A stretch of 64,000 nucleotides of DNA from assembly GCF_018350175.1 (NCBI RefSeq), contig NC_058368.1, forward strand, positions 173,726,001 to 173,790,000, written 5' to 3'. Within the stretch, counting starts at the first letter, position 1, and every line of letters starts with the position of its first letter. The DNA comes from Felis catus (taxonomy: Eukaryota). The position numbers were made by a program, and so were the translations under genes. The notes beneath the pieces are model-generated. The model saw only the letters and a program-made list of their open reading frames with translations, made no database searches and was not told the origin of the DNA. Positions 12,500 to 24,657 of the stretch are shown piece by piece.

Positions 12500-13903
12500 T
12501 TTTTTTTTATTATTTTTTTTATATGAAATTTATTGACAAATTGGTTTCCATACAACACCCAGTGCTCATCCCAAAAGGTGCCCTCCTCAATACCCATCCC
12601 CCACCCTCTCCTCCCTCCCACCCCCCATCAACCCTCAGTTTGTTCTCAGTTTTTAACAGTCTCTTATGCTTTGGCTCTCTCCCACTCTAACCTCTTTTTT
12701 TTTTTTTTCCTTCCCCTCCCCCATGGGTTCCTGTTAAGTTTCTCAGGATCCACATAAGAGTGAAACCATATGGTATCTGTCTTTCTCTGTATGGCTTATT
12801 TCACTTAGCATCACACTCTCCAGTTCCATCCACGTTGCTACAAAAGGCCATATTTCATTTTTTCTCATTGCCACGTAATATTCCATTGTGTATATAAACC
12901 ACAATTTCTTTATCCATTCATCAGTTGATGGACATTTAGGCTCTTTCCATAATTTGGTTATTGTTGAGAGTGCTGCTATGAACATTGGGGTACAAGTGGC
13001 CCTATGCATCAGTACTCCTGTATCCCTTGGGTAAATTCCTAGCAGTGCTATTGCTGGGTCATAGGGTAGGTCTATTTTTAATTTTCTGAGGAACCTCCAC
13101 ACTGCTTTCCAGAGCGGCTGCACCAATTTGCATTCCCACCAACAGTGCAAGAGGGTTCCCATTTCTCCACATCCTCTCCAGCATCTATAGTCTCCTGATT
13201 TGTTCATTTTGGCCACTCTGACTGGCGTGAGGTGATACCTGAGTGTGGTTTTGATTTGTATTTCCCTGATAAGGAGCGACGCTGAACATCTTTTCATGTG
13301 CCTGTTGGCCATCCGGATGTCTTCTTTAGAGAAGTGTCTATTCATGTTTTCTGCCCATTTCTTCACTGGGTTATTTGTTTTTCGGGTGTGGAGTTTGGTG
13401 AGCTCTTTATAGATTTTGGATACTAGCCCTTTGTCCGATATGTCATTTGCGAATATCTTTTCCCATTCCGTTGGTTGCCTTTTAGTTTTGTTGGTTGTTT
13501 CCTTTGCTGTGCAGAAGCTTTTTATCTTCATAAGGTCCCAGTAATTCACTTTTGCTTTTAATTCCCTTGCCTTTGGGGATGTGTCGAGTAAGAGATTGCT
13601 ACGGCTGAGGTCAGAGAGGTCTTTTCCTGCTTTCTCCTCTAAGGTTTTGATGGTTTCCTGTCTCACATTTAGGTCCTTTATCCATTTGGAGTTTATTTTT
13701 GTGAATGGTGTGAGAAAGTGGTCTAGTTTCAACCTTCTGCATGTTGCTGTCCAGTTCTCCCAGCACCATTTGTTAAAGAGGCTGTCTTTTTTCCATTGGA
13801 TGTTCTTTCCTGCTTTGTCAAAGATGAGTTGGCCATACGTTTGTGGGTCTAGTTCTGGGGTTTCTATTCTGTTCCATTGGTCTATGTGTCTGTTTTTGTG
13901 CCA
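12500..13903 (-). mobile_element. 5'-truncated young LINE-1 (ORF2 C-terminus, 3'UTR, polyA)
   Basis: Uninterrupted ORF2 C-terminal frame (12743-13732 and upstream); perfect 17-bp TSD GAGGAATTTGAGTTCTT at 12483-12499 and 13904-13920. Confidence 0.96.
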
Positions 13904-16457
13904 GAGGAATTTGAGTTCTTAACAGTGTGTCAGGCATCACCCAAGAGCTTTACATGTAAGCTCATTTCATCCTCCCAACACCCCTATGATGTAGGTTCTG
14001 TCATTATTCCCATTTTACAGACCAAGAGGAGGACGCACCGAGAGGTTTAATAGCTTGCTCTAGTTAGACAGCTGGGAAGAAGAGCTGGGACTTGAACCAG
14101 GCCAGGTGCTGCACTGAATCAGGGAGTACAATAGGGAGGGGATGCTGGAAGTGGGTTTCCAGGCTGCCCCGGGGGCATGTGGTGGTCTTGGCTGATAGGA
14201 AAGTGTGTGCAAAGTACAGAGGGTGAGGCAGTCTGTGTGGGCCTTGCCCGGAGCCTGGGGCCTGCTGCAGACAGGTGTGTGGGTGTGAGAGAGATGAGGA
14301 ATGGGGGGGGGGGGTCACTTGGAGGAGTGGGCGTAGTCTCTAATCTTGGGCAAGTAGACTTATCTGAGAGACCGAGTAAGCGTGGCACAAATCACGTGAC
14401 ACAGAAGTGACTTTGGTCCCTGCTGCTACGTGGCCAGTAAGTTCACACCCAGGAATTCAGTTGGAATCTCAGCTCCACCAGTTCCCAGCTGGGTGACCCT
14501 GGGACTCTAGAGCTAGAATTTCTCTACCTGTAAAACACCGATCATAAAATCCATCGTGTAGTGTTGTAAAGATCAAAGAGAACTGTTTAATTGTGATTCT
14601 CTGTAAGTTTTAAAGCACTATTACCTGGGAATCTTAATTTTAGGGCAGGTTTTATGGAGATGGTGGGCCTGAAGGACACCAGTGTTACACAATTCCTGCT
14701 CAAGAGACCCTTCTCCAGCCCACACCCCCCACCCTTTCTCCTCCCATGCCTGGCAGCATCAATGTACCCAGAGTTTCCCAAAGGCACTGGCCCCACAGGG
14801 TCCTTAATGCTGTTGGCTCTGGTCTGAAATGACCTTTCCATGTCTCTTCCCATCCTGCTATACCCCCAGGCTAAAATGGCTGTGTCCTCTCTTGACCCCT
14901 CTCTTTACCTGACCTGTGTTATAGTGCATAGCCCAGCCATGGTCCTCATTTGTGAGGGACTCTCCATGCCAGACTCCCTAAGGGAATGGGTGGTCTTATT
15001 CATCCCTGTCCCCAAGCCCAAGCATATGATAATTCATTCAATGAATGTTCTAGAAATCCTGCCACAGGCCTTCCCTGTTTTAGGTACTCTACAGAGGTAG
15101 GCTTGGGACTCACTTACTTGATTGGGGCAGGTGGGAGGCAGATTGTAAACACGTAAACAAACAAGTCTTTTCAGATAGCAAGTAGTGCCTTGAGGACAAT
15201 GAAACCCGGCACCTGAATAAACACATATACACAAAAGTAACTGCAGTTGTGTGCAGATGGGACATTCTAGAAGATTGGGCAGGAGGCCTGGCGGCCTGGC
15301 CTCAGGACAGTCTTGTTCCAAAGGGGGCAGGGTGGGGCTCACTCAGCATTAGTGATCAACTTGTGTTCTCCAGATTAGGGCCCTTGGGTGTGGTGAGAGA
15401 CTGTCTAAATTGAAGTGTAATGCTGTGCTGGAAAGAGGAATAGGGCAGTGTTCCAACTGTCCCACCCAAGGCTGGGCCTGAGCCCAGGGAGGTGCCAGGC
15501 TACATACCCTGCTCTGGGCCTGCCCTTCCCTCTCCCCCCAGACAGCTGGAGACTGCAGCCCTCCTGTTCCCCGCTGTGTGCTCCTTCACCCTGGCTGCCC
15601 ACACCCCTTTGGGCAAGCGTTTACCCAGCACTTGCTCTGATCTGGGCACATCAGGCTCCAGGGATATTTATCCATGCAGCCACTGCTTATTGAGCACTGA
15701 TGTGTGCCAAGGACAGTGGGGAGCACTCCTGGACAGAGGGCGCCCCAGACACTGTCTTGTGGGGAGAAGACATTAAACACCAAAGTTCCTGACAGTTTTG
15801 ATGAGTGTTTGAAGGAGGAGCACAGGGAGCGATGGAAGGATGGAACAGGGAACCAGAGGCTATAAATAAGGTCCAGCTTTGCTCACCAGGACCTCCTGGT
15901 TCAGCGGGGAGACTCTTGTGCAGAAGGTGAAGGCCGTGATAGAGCACAGAGAAGAAGGGGTGTGAAATCTGCCAAGGGGGTGGATATCCCAGAGCTGGTG
16001 ACTTCAGAGCTGGAAACTCGTGGGATGGAACAAGATTTCATCAGCTGGAGAAGGGAGGGGAGACAATTGCAGCTAAAGCAGGAGACAGAGGCGGGGCTGC
16101 AGGAGTGTGTGGGGTGTGTGAAGACTGGAATGTGTAGGACCAGCAGAGTGCCAGAGGAGGAGGCAGGAGATGGGGCTGGACTGGAAAAGGTTTCTGGCTT
16201 TGCGAGACCAGAGGGGAATCACATCCTTGCTGGGCTGAGCTCTCAGCCCCACACTTGGGAGTCCCTAGCTCGGGCAGGCAGCACAGGGAAGTGGGCAGAG
16301 CCCTGGCCTGGGAGTCAGAAGCCTGGATGCCTGCCATTACAGCATGCCATCTTTCCTGGCCTCAATTTCCTCCCCTATAAAATGAGAATGAATAATTATG
16401 ATAATTATGATAATTCTACCATTCATTGAGCCATCACCCCATGCCAGGCACTCTTCT

Positions 16458-16683
16458 TCTTCTTCTTCTTCTTTTAAGTTTATTTATTTATTTTGAGAGA
16501 GACAGAGAGAGTGCAAGTGAGGGAGGGGCAGAGAGAGAAGAAGAGCGGGGGAATCCCAAGCAGGCTTGGCACAGTCAGTGCGCAGAGCCCAATGCAGGGC
16601 TCGAACCCGCAAAACCATGAGATCATGACCTGAACTGAGATCAAGAGTCAGGCACTCAACTGACTGAGCCACCCAGGCTCTCC
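16458..16683 (-). mobile_element. CanSINE with (GAA)n tail
   Basis: TSD CCAGGCACTCTTCT; (TTC)n on plus strand. Confidence 0.85.
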
Positions 16684-17119
16684 CAGGCACTCTTCTAAAT
16701 GTCTTACAAATACTGTCACGTCAAATGCTCACAACAGCTCTTAGAAGTGGTTTTATTATTATTCTCATTTTCAGATGAAAAAACAGGCCCAGCAAGGCTT
16801 ATACCACTGTGCAGTCTTAGCCATGGCCATCCTGCCTATCCCAGCACTGCCTGTTCACTTAGCAGATGCTAATTGAGTCTCTTCTGTGTGTCAGGCACTG
16901 TGCTGGGCACAGAGGACAGGGTGATGAGCAGGCTAGGCAAGGACCCTACTGTCACGAAGGTGACTTTCTGATGGAGAAGGCAGACAATGGACAAGCAAAC
17001 ATAAAGTGAGATTTTTTTCAGACTGTGTAAGTGCTAGTGGGTGAATAAGATTGTAATAGAGAGAGACTTTAGTAATAGTAACACAAGGGACTCACTGTGC
17101 CAAGAAGTGTTCAAAATCT

Positions 17120-17347
17120 TTTCCATTTTTTAATATATATTCTTAAAATATTTACTGATTTGAGAGAGAGAGAAAGAGAGGGCAAAAGCAGGGGAGGGGC
17201 AGAAAGAGAGGGAGAGAGAATCGCAAGCAGGCTCCACACTGTTTTCTTAGAGCCTGATGCAAGGCTTGATCTCACGAACCATGAGATCATGACCTGAGCC
17301 GAAATCAAGAGTTGGACACTCAACCGATTGAGCCACCTAGGTTCCTC
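17120..17347 (-). mobile_element. CanSINE
   Basis: GAGATCATGACCTGAGCCGAAATCAAGAG core. Confidence 0.82.
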
Positions 17348-17668
17348 CGAATCCTTTACATGTTAAAACTGACTTCAACCTTACATCAGTGTTAAGGTGG
17401 ATAGTCTTACTGAGCCTGCTTCATGATGAGGAAAGTGAGGCACAGGGAGGCTGAGTGACTTTCCCAGGGTCCCCCAGTGGGAAGATTGCTGGCAAAGGGC
17501 ACAGCAAGTATAGAGGCAGGGTCTAGTCATAGTCACCAGAGGCAGCAGGTGGGAGATTGTTGGGGACTGCTGGGGAATCCAGATGCAGGGGGTGTCTTGG
17601 CAGTCAGGCAGCAGAGACAAAGGGGCAGGTGCACGAGCTGTGCACGCTGCTGTGTATTTGTGCCCTAG

Positions 17669-17786
17669 GAGGCTAACGGTCCAGCAGACGGCTATGCGGC
17701 GATTGCCCAGGCTGACAGACTGACTCAGGAACCTGAGAGCATCCGCAAGTGGAGAGAGGAGCAGAGGAAACGGCTGCAGGAGCTGG
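17669..17786 (+). CDS. CLTB: Clathrin light chain B, coding exon 3
   Basis: EANGPADGYAAIAQADRLTQEPESIRKWREEQRKRLQEL; ccctag acceptor, G|GTAAGG donor. Confidence 0.96.
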
Positions 17787-18026
17787 GTAAGGGCCAGGCT
17801 GAGGTTCGGAGCAGCTCCAGTTGGGTTGACTGTTTGGGATATGGTGGGGGGTGGGGAATCCTTAGGATAGAGGACCCCCTTCCCCCTGCACTGCCTTAAT
17901 ATGGGTATTGGGTGAGGTTGGGCCCTGAGGCTGCCTGCCAAGGGCCAAGGGGAGAAGCAGCCAGGGCAGCTGTGCTCTCACATTCTTACAAGAAAGCTGC
18001 CACTTATTCTCCTGTTGGGATCGCAG

Positions 18027-18138
18027 ATGCTGCCTCCAAGGTGACAGAACAGGAGTGGCGGGAGAAAGCCAAAAAGGACCTGGAGGAGTGGAACCAGCGC
18101 CAGAGTGAACAAGTTGAGAAGAACAAGATCAACAACCG
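18027..18138 (+). CDS. CLTB: Clathrin light chain B, coding exon 4
   Basis: (D)AASKVTEQEWREKAKKDLEEWNQRQSEQVEKNKINNR; cgcag acceptor, CG|GTGAGA donor. Confidence 0.96.
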
Positions 18139-18139
18139 G

Positions 18140-18560
18140 TGAGAGGAGCTATGGGGACATGAGGGCAGCTATAGAAATTTGAGGAGGCCGTGGGGATCTG
18201 AGGGGACTATGGGGACATGAGGGGACTGTGGGGACATAAGGGGGCTGTGGGGACATGAGGGGACTATGGGGACATGAAGGGATTATGGGGACATGAGGGG
18301 ACTGTGGAGACATGAAGGGACTGTGGGGACACGGGTCTGTGAGGACACGAGGGGACTATGGGTACATGAGGGGACTGTGGGGAGATGAGGGGGCTGTGGG
18401 GACACGAGGGGGCTGTGGGGACACGAGGGGGCTGTGAGGACCTGAGGGGACTGTGAGGACACGAGGGGCTGTGGGGACATGAGAGGATTTATGGAGACAG
18501 GAGGGGGCTGTGGGGACATGAAGCCAGCCACGGGGACAGTGAGACAAGTTATGGGATGGG
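18140..18560 (+). repeat. G-rich minisatellite, ~19-20-bp unit TGAGGGG(A/G)CTGTGGGGACA, ~20 copies
   Basis: Direct reading; starts at the CLTB exon 4 donor. Confidence 0.92.
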
Positions 18561-20130
18561 AACTGTCTTGAGGATGGCGATTTAGTGGCAAGAACGTAGA
18601 GGAAGTAGAAGCAGAAACCTTCAGGGCTGCTTCCTCAGCTGCCTGTGGAGTTCAGAGTCCTTCAGAGGTGGTACACTGTTGAACTGTCATCTTAGCACAA
18701 CAGAGAGAAGCAAGTGCTGCAGTCAGCAGAAGAGGTCCCAGGACCCTGGCATGGGAGCCAGACTGTCCAGGGCCCAGCAGTTAGCGTCACAGGGAGCACA
18801 GGCCTGGCTGGGAGTGAAGAACCAACCTGGGTAGAGGATTTTACTGCCTGTAGAGATGGCAACACTTCAACCCAGAGAGGCTAAAGAATAAAAGGAAGTT
18901 AGTGGCTCGTGTAACTGAAAAGGCTGGGGTGGGACTCCAGGTACACTAGGCTCAGGGGCTCAGACAAAGTGGACTGGTGCTCACTTTTACTGTCTCTCCA
19001 TGCGGCATTCCCCTCTTGTCCTGGGATGGGGCAGAAAGATGGCCACCAGAAGCTCCAGGCTTCTGCCATTCTCTTGGCAACTTCAGTGAAAATAGCATCT
19101 TGCTCCCAATAGCTCAGCTGAAATCCTCAACCTGACCCTCATTGGTTTGGTGTAGGTCCTGTGCCCATTCCAGGCCCAGTGACTGTGCCGGGGGAGGGAC
19201 CCTGATAGTCCAGCGATAGTGTGCATGAGGTCAGTCTCACCCAAACCACAGGGACTGAAGTGGGGCCAGCCTGATCCTGCAAAAGACAATCAGGGGCCCT
19301 TCCTGGAAGGGGCGGATGGATGCTGGGCAGGCGGGCAGTGGATGCCCACCAGAGGGTACCTGCATGGACATGGTCTCAGACCACTTCTGAGACTCTGGCC
19401 AGCAGCTCTGCCTTTGAGGCTGTGTCCTTCAAGGTACTTGGCCTGCCCAGAAAGGAAAGGCTGGCTCTGGGAAGCTGCCGCACTTCTGTTCAAGAAGCTG
19501 CTGCACGCCAGGCTCTGGGTTGGGCCCTGGGGAAACAGAGCTGAGGACCCCGTCGGTATCCTGGAAGAGCTCAGAGGAGACAAGCACACATGTGCAGGTG
19601 AACTCAACAGTAGAGCTCTCTGCAAGAAGGCCATGGAAGCAAGGGCTGTGGGTGGAGGAGAGACCTCTGTGTCTGAGGACCTGGGCTTGGGAGGGTGACT
19701 AGAAGTTCATTAGGGAAAAGAGGGCAGCGTTGGGGGAGGGTATTCTAGATCAGGGAACAGCATAGTATGAAAGAAAGGATATTGTGTCTCAGGCACCGGG
19801 GAGTCAGGGAGTGGTAGGAGGGAAGACAGGAAGGAGGGGTCACGGGTGGAGGGCCTCCAATAACAGGGCTGGATAGACGGGGTGGTGAGGAGCCACCGAA
19901 GATTTGTGAACAGGACAAGTAATACGATCGGCGCAGTTTTAGAAGAGGCACTCAGGCCGGTGGAGGATCCCTGCTCTCCTCTCCGGGTTGTGGATAGTTG
20001 CCAAGCGTTACAGAACTGTGCTTCCTAACACGCTCCAACTGGAGGTACTAACGCTGTCTCCCTTTCTCTTTAACCCTCTGCCTGTCTGTCTTGCCATCTG
20101 TCTTCCCCCACCTAACCCTTCTCTCTCAAG

Positions 20131-20184
20131 GATCGCTGACAAAGCATTCTACCAGCAGCCAGATGCTGATATCATCGGCTATGT
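20131..20184 (+). CDS. CLTB: Clathrin light chain B, 54-nt neuron-specific cassette exon
   Basis: IADKAFYQQPDADIIGYV, the known 18-aa brain insert; frame-preserving 54 nt; weak donor GT|GTACGT. Confidence 0.95.
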
Positions 20185-21476
20185 GTACGTGTCTTCTTTG
20201 CTCCTCTGTCAGGGACCGGGAGAGGGCGAGGGACCCCTTGTGGGGCTGGCACGGTTTCTCGAGTCTCCTGCTTGTGGGGTATAAATGAGGTGGGGGTGGC
20301 AATGACCAGAGCAGGTGGCACTCCAGGGCTAGTGCAGGCACAGACCTTCTCCTCTATCCCTGCGGCAAATGTTTATTGAGTATCTATTCTGCCTGGAGGC
20401 AGCTTTGCTAAATCTGAGCAGAGAAAGAATGCACGGGCCATCCCAGCGGGGACAGGCAAATGGTGGGAGGGGCAAATGCAAACAGTCAAACTCCCTCCCT
20501 CTGAGAGGCCTCTTAGGGCTGGGAGGTGGGGTGGAGTCTTCTGTTGAACCAAACATGGACTGTCAGAAGCATAAAGAAGAGATGCTCCCAGGAACACTCC
20601 CATTCTCTCCTCCTGCCCCCAAGTGCACTGCTCCTCCTCAAAACTTCGGCCCAAGTTTGGCGACAAGACCCTGCCTAGACCACCCAGGGCCCCTCTCACA
20701 TGTTCCCCTTTGGAGTCTAGTTAGGACTGTGATTAATCTAGACCTGAGATGGCAGAGGCTTCCTCTCATGTCACCCCCAAATGATTGGTAGTGACAGCCT
20801 GGAAGATGTGTTGGGGATGTTGAAGCTGAAGAAGCAGTGATGAATGTGTGATGTCTGCCACGTGCGTGTGTGCCAGTATTTGCTGTTCCTCACTCTGGGT
20901 TCACCTTCGGCAGGCCTCTGATGCTGTCTGGGCTAACACTTCTCTCACAGAGCACAGGACCCACCTGAGAAACAACCTGTTTTTCAGCCAGTTTTTACTG
21001 GGACTCGCCCAGTGCCAGTCTCTGTTCGAACAGGAATAAGGCACAGCCTGTCCCCCCAAGTTGCTCATGGTCAGGAGGGTGTTGTCATAAGGGCGGTATG
21101 GAAGGGCACACTGAGCTCCAGGAGCCACCGTCTGCTGGGGGAGCGGCTTCAGAGATGCGGGACCTTCAGTATGAGAAGGAAGGGATGTGCTAGAAGAGGA
21201 CAAGGGCAGCCTCCATGAGTGGAGTGCTGGGGCTGTGGGGATGGATGGGTGGGAGCTGAGGATGGGAGGTCAGCTTGGGGCTAGTTGCAAAATGCCTGTT
21301 GTGCCAGATGTATAAGCTGGGACTTGATCCTAAAAGCAGGATCCACAGGTTTCAAAGAGAAGAGTGGGATGACAGGGGCATGGGTGCTGGGGAATATATG
21401 ACAAGTGGTTGAGTGTTCTTTTTGCGCTTGAGGAAATAGCGCCCAGGGGGCTCCTGAAGAGAGGAAGAGTCTGGAT

Positions 21477-21639
21477 CAGTGTTTCTCAGACTTTTCTGTG
21501 CCTGTGAATCACTCAGGGATCTGTTGGAGAGAGATTCCAATTCAGTAGGACTGAGGTGAGGCCATGATTCTGCATTTCTAACAAGCCCCATGGTGATGCC
21601 AATGCTGCTGGACCATGCACCACACTTTGAATAGCAAGG
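21477..21639. mobile_element. MER5-like hAT/Charlie DNA transposon relic
   Basis: CAGTGTTTCTCA...CTGCATTTCTAACAAG...CCACACTTTGA matches my recollection of MER5A. Confidence 0.65.
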
Positions 21640-22614
21640 TTAGAGGAGAGCCTCTTGACCTAGAAGGGACAGCTCCTAAGACAGCACGCCTCAGCCCCAC
21701 TGGTCATCCAACCTCATAGAGCTTTTTTCCAAGCCTGCACACACTCACCACTTTGTTAGATTCTCAGGCCAGTGAGACAGATCAGCAAGGTGGAGGCTGA
21801 TTCTCACTTTATAGGTAAGGAAATGAGTACATGGAAGGAAAGGAAGATCACTAGGGAGGGGCCACGTCACCTAATCCAGGGCCAGCTCATTCTTGGCACA
21901 GCCTGTAGGCATCACCTAAGAGCTCCCTGCCTGACATGTGCAGAACTGATCGTGCTTGAGATACAGAAGGGGCCATGAGGGGAATGGGGATTTCCAGGGA
22001 CCCTTGCTGGCCAAATAAGACATAGACCCAGCCCTCTCCACTGGAGATCAGTTATTGTCCTTTTCTTAGATTCCCACATTTGGGTTTTGTCCACTGCACT
22101 GTATTTACTGTACTTTGTTTCTCCACTGTTCCTTAATCAGTGGCTTCTAGAACTGTCCATCAGAACTTCTGATGAAGAAACCACCAGTTTTCATCCTAAC
22201 TTGATTCCAACCAAAAGCAAAGACTCCAATGGAGTATTCCCCAGGCTGTGGTTCCATGGAGATAAGTCATTCTGGGCTAAAAAGAGCTCTATAGTCAAAT
22301 ATGCTTGGAATGTGGTAGATTCTATCTGCATCTTATACTCCACCTTAGAGGTTCAGGATAAACATCAGTACATTCAAGGCTTTGAAAGTCTCGCTTTTAA
22401 GATCCTCTTTAACTAAATTTTCTATGTGTATTTGACCAGAATGCTTTTCTGGGGGAATACTTATTGGGTCCATAGAACATAGAGGCAATGCTGAACCAGT
22501 TAGTAAGGTGGTTAGTCAATGTCCTACCTCTGTCAAGGTTTTGGAAATGTTTAAAATAGCTGAGGTACTACACTAGTGCCTCCAAGGTTCTTTAGTTGTT
22601 GGGATTCCCAACAA

Positions 22615-22854
22615 CTTTTATTTTATTTTATTTTATTTATTTTATTTTATTATTTTATTTTATTTTATTTTATTTTGAGAGAGAATGAGTGAGTAGGGGA
22701 GAGGCAGAGAGGCAGGGAGAGAAAGAATCCCAAGCAGTCTCTGCACTGTCAGCACAAAGCCTGATGCAGGGCTCCAACTCACGAACCGGGAGATCATGAC
22801 CTGAGCTGAAATCAAGAGTCAGACGCTTAACTGACTGAGCCACTCAGGCGCCCC
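22615..22854 (-). mobile_element. CanSINE with (TAAAA)n tail
   Basis: (TTTTA)n 22615-22675, CAGGCGCCCC head. Confidence 0.87.
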
Positions 22855-23173
22855 AGTTGGGAACTCTTGCTGAGGACGTGAGACACTCACGTGCCTGAAT
22901 GAAAAGAAGCTACAAGCCACGAGCAGGTATAGGGGAAAGCATTCCAGGAAGAGGTGACAGCCAAGTACAAAGGCCCTGAGGCAGGACCAAAGTAGGCTTC
23001 CTTTGATGCCAAGGCTGTTTCTGGGGACCTGAGGGCATAGGACACAGGGCTAACTCTGGACAGAGGACCCAAGAGTAGGCTGGGCAAAGCAGCTTACTCA
23101 ATGGGAGCAGAGCATCACTGATTCAGGGGAAAGACAGACAGCAATGAAATCTCTGTCTTTTCTCCACCTGCAG

Positions 23174-23345
23174 GGCATCTGAGGAGGCTTTCGTGAAGGA
23201 ATCCAAGGAGGAGACCCCAGGCACAGAATGGGAGAAGGTGGCTCAGCTGTGTGATTTCAACCCCAAGAGCAGCAAGCAGTGCAAAGACGTGTCCCGCCTG
23301 CGCTCAGTGCTCATGTCCCTGAAGCAGACGCCGCTGTCCCGCTAG
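23174..23345 (+). CDS. CLTB: Clathrin light chain B, last coding exon
   Basis: ASEEAFVKESKEETPGTEWEKVAQLCDFNPKSSKQCKDVSRLRSVLMSLKQTPLSR-TAG. Confidence 0.96.
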
Positions 23346-24231
23346 GTGCCTGTTACAAGCATGGCCACAAAGCATGGGCTGGGCCTGGGCACAGGAGGAG
23401 CAGCTGCTTCAGCCAGGGCGGGCAGCACCTCCAGCAGCTGCTACACACAGCCTATTCCGTTCCTCCCCATCTCCCGGGGCTGGGAAGGGAACCCTCACCC
23501 CTCTCACCCCATTTCCTCCTAGCCCTGTGGCCCAGCCCTTCACACCTCCTCTCAGTCCACAAAATTGTGACTGTCCCTCCTGACGTATTTTTTTTTTTCT
23601 TGGCTTAAAGGGTGTGTTGTTAACTCTTTTTACACTTATTTATTATCATTCTCATTTCTCCGGAAGCCATAACTGGTGTCAGGGCTCAGTTTGTGCTTAG
23701 AACTTTCCCAGCTTCATGGCCTTGAGACAAGGTGAGGCTGTTCCCCCAGAACCCCTCCCGGCTAGAAGTGGGTGTCCCAACTTGTATATGTCTGCTGCCT
23801 CCCTCTCCAGGAGGAAAGACAACCTCTAATGGAATGCTTTTGCAACCTTGATCCTTGCTGATTCTTGAACAAGCCTGTGAGATAGGGATTCTCTTGTTGT
23901 CTTGATATAGCCATGGACACCAAGGCTCCCAGAAAGTAAGAAGCTTCAAGTGGGAGGGAAGAGGCAAGACCAGAAGTTCCCGGTGGTAGCTCCCTCTAAA
24001 CCTGGGTGAGAGGCTGGTGAAGGTGGCTGCTGCCAGACTCCTTTCTTGGGTTTGGCCAGTACCCTCTAGATGGGGAAGGCTCACTGCTCTCTCTCAGCTG
24101 TGCCCCTCTGTAGATCTGGGATAAATAATCAGTGACCATACATTCTTCCTCTTCAGCCGAGGTTGCAAACAAGCTATGCTTAAGCCATTGTGACCTGCAC
24201 AATGTTTAAAAAGATTTGAGTAACTACCAAC

Positions 24232-24657
24232 TGTATTAGTTTCCTAGAGTTGCCATTACAAAGTACTGCAGTGTCTGGCTTAGAACACACATTTATTGTC
24301 TCACCATTCTGGATGTCCAAAGTCCAAAATCAAGGTGTCAGCAGGGCCATGGCCCATCGGAAGGCACTAGGGAAGGATCTGTGCAGGCTTCCCTCCCAGC
24401 TTCTGGCAGCCTCAGGTATTCTTTGACTTGTAGGTGCATCACTACAGCCCTGAGTTCATCTTCGTATCATCTATGCATTGTCTTTCTGTCCAAATTTCTC
24501 CTTTCGTAACAGTGTCAATCAGAATGGATTAAGGCCTACTGCAATGACCTCAGTTCAACTGAATTATCAGTAAAGACCCTATTTCCAAATAAGATCACAT
24601 TCTGAGATACTGGGTTAGGACTTCAACATATCTTTTTTAGGGGAACACAATACCACC
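24232..24657 (-). mobile_element. MaLR (MLT1-like) LTR relic
   Basis: TGTATTAGTTTCCTAG...AAGTCCAAAATCAAGGTGTCAGCAGGGCCA...CCCTATTTCCAAATAAG. Confidence 0.7.

Noticed and set aside
18140..18560. Regularly spaced repeats superficially like a CRISPR array, with P/S-rich ORFs
   Set aside because: Contiguous degenerate tandem units with no unique spacers or cas genes; eukaryotic intron
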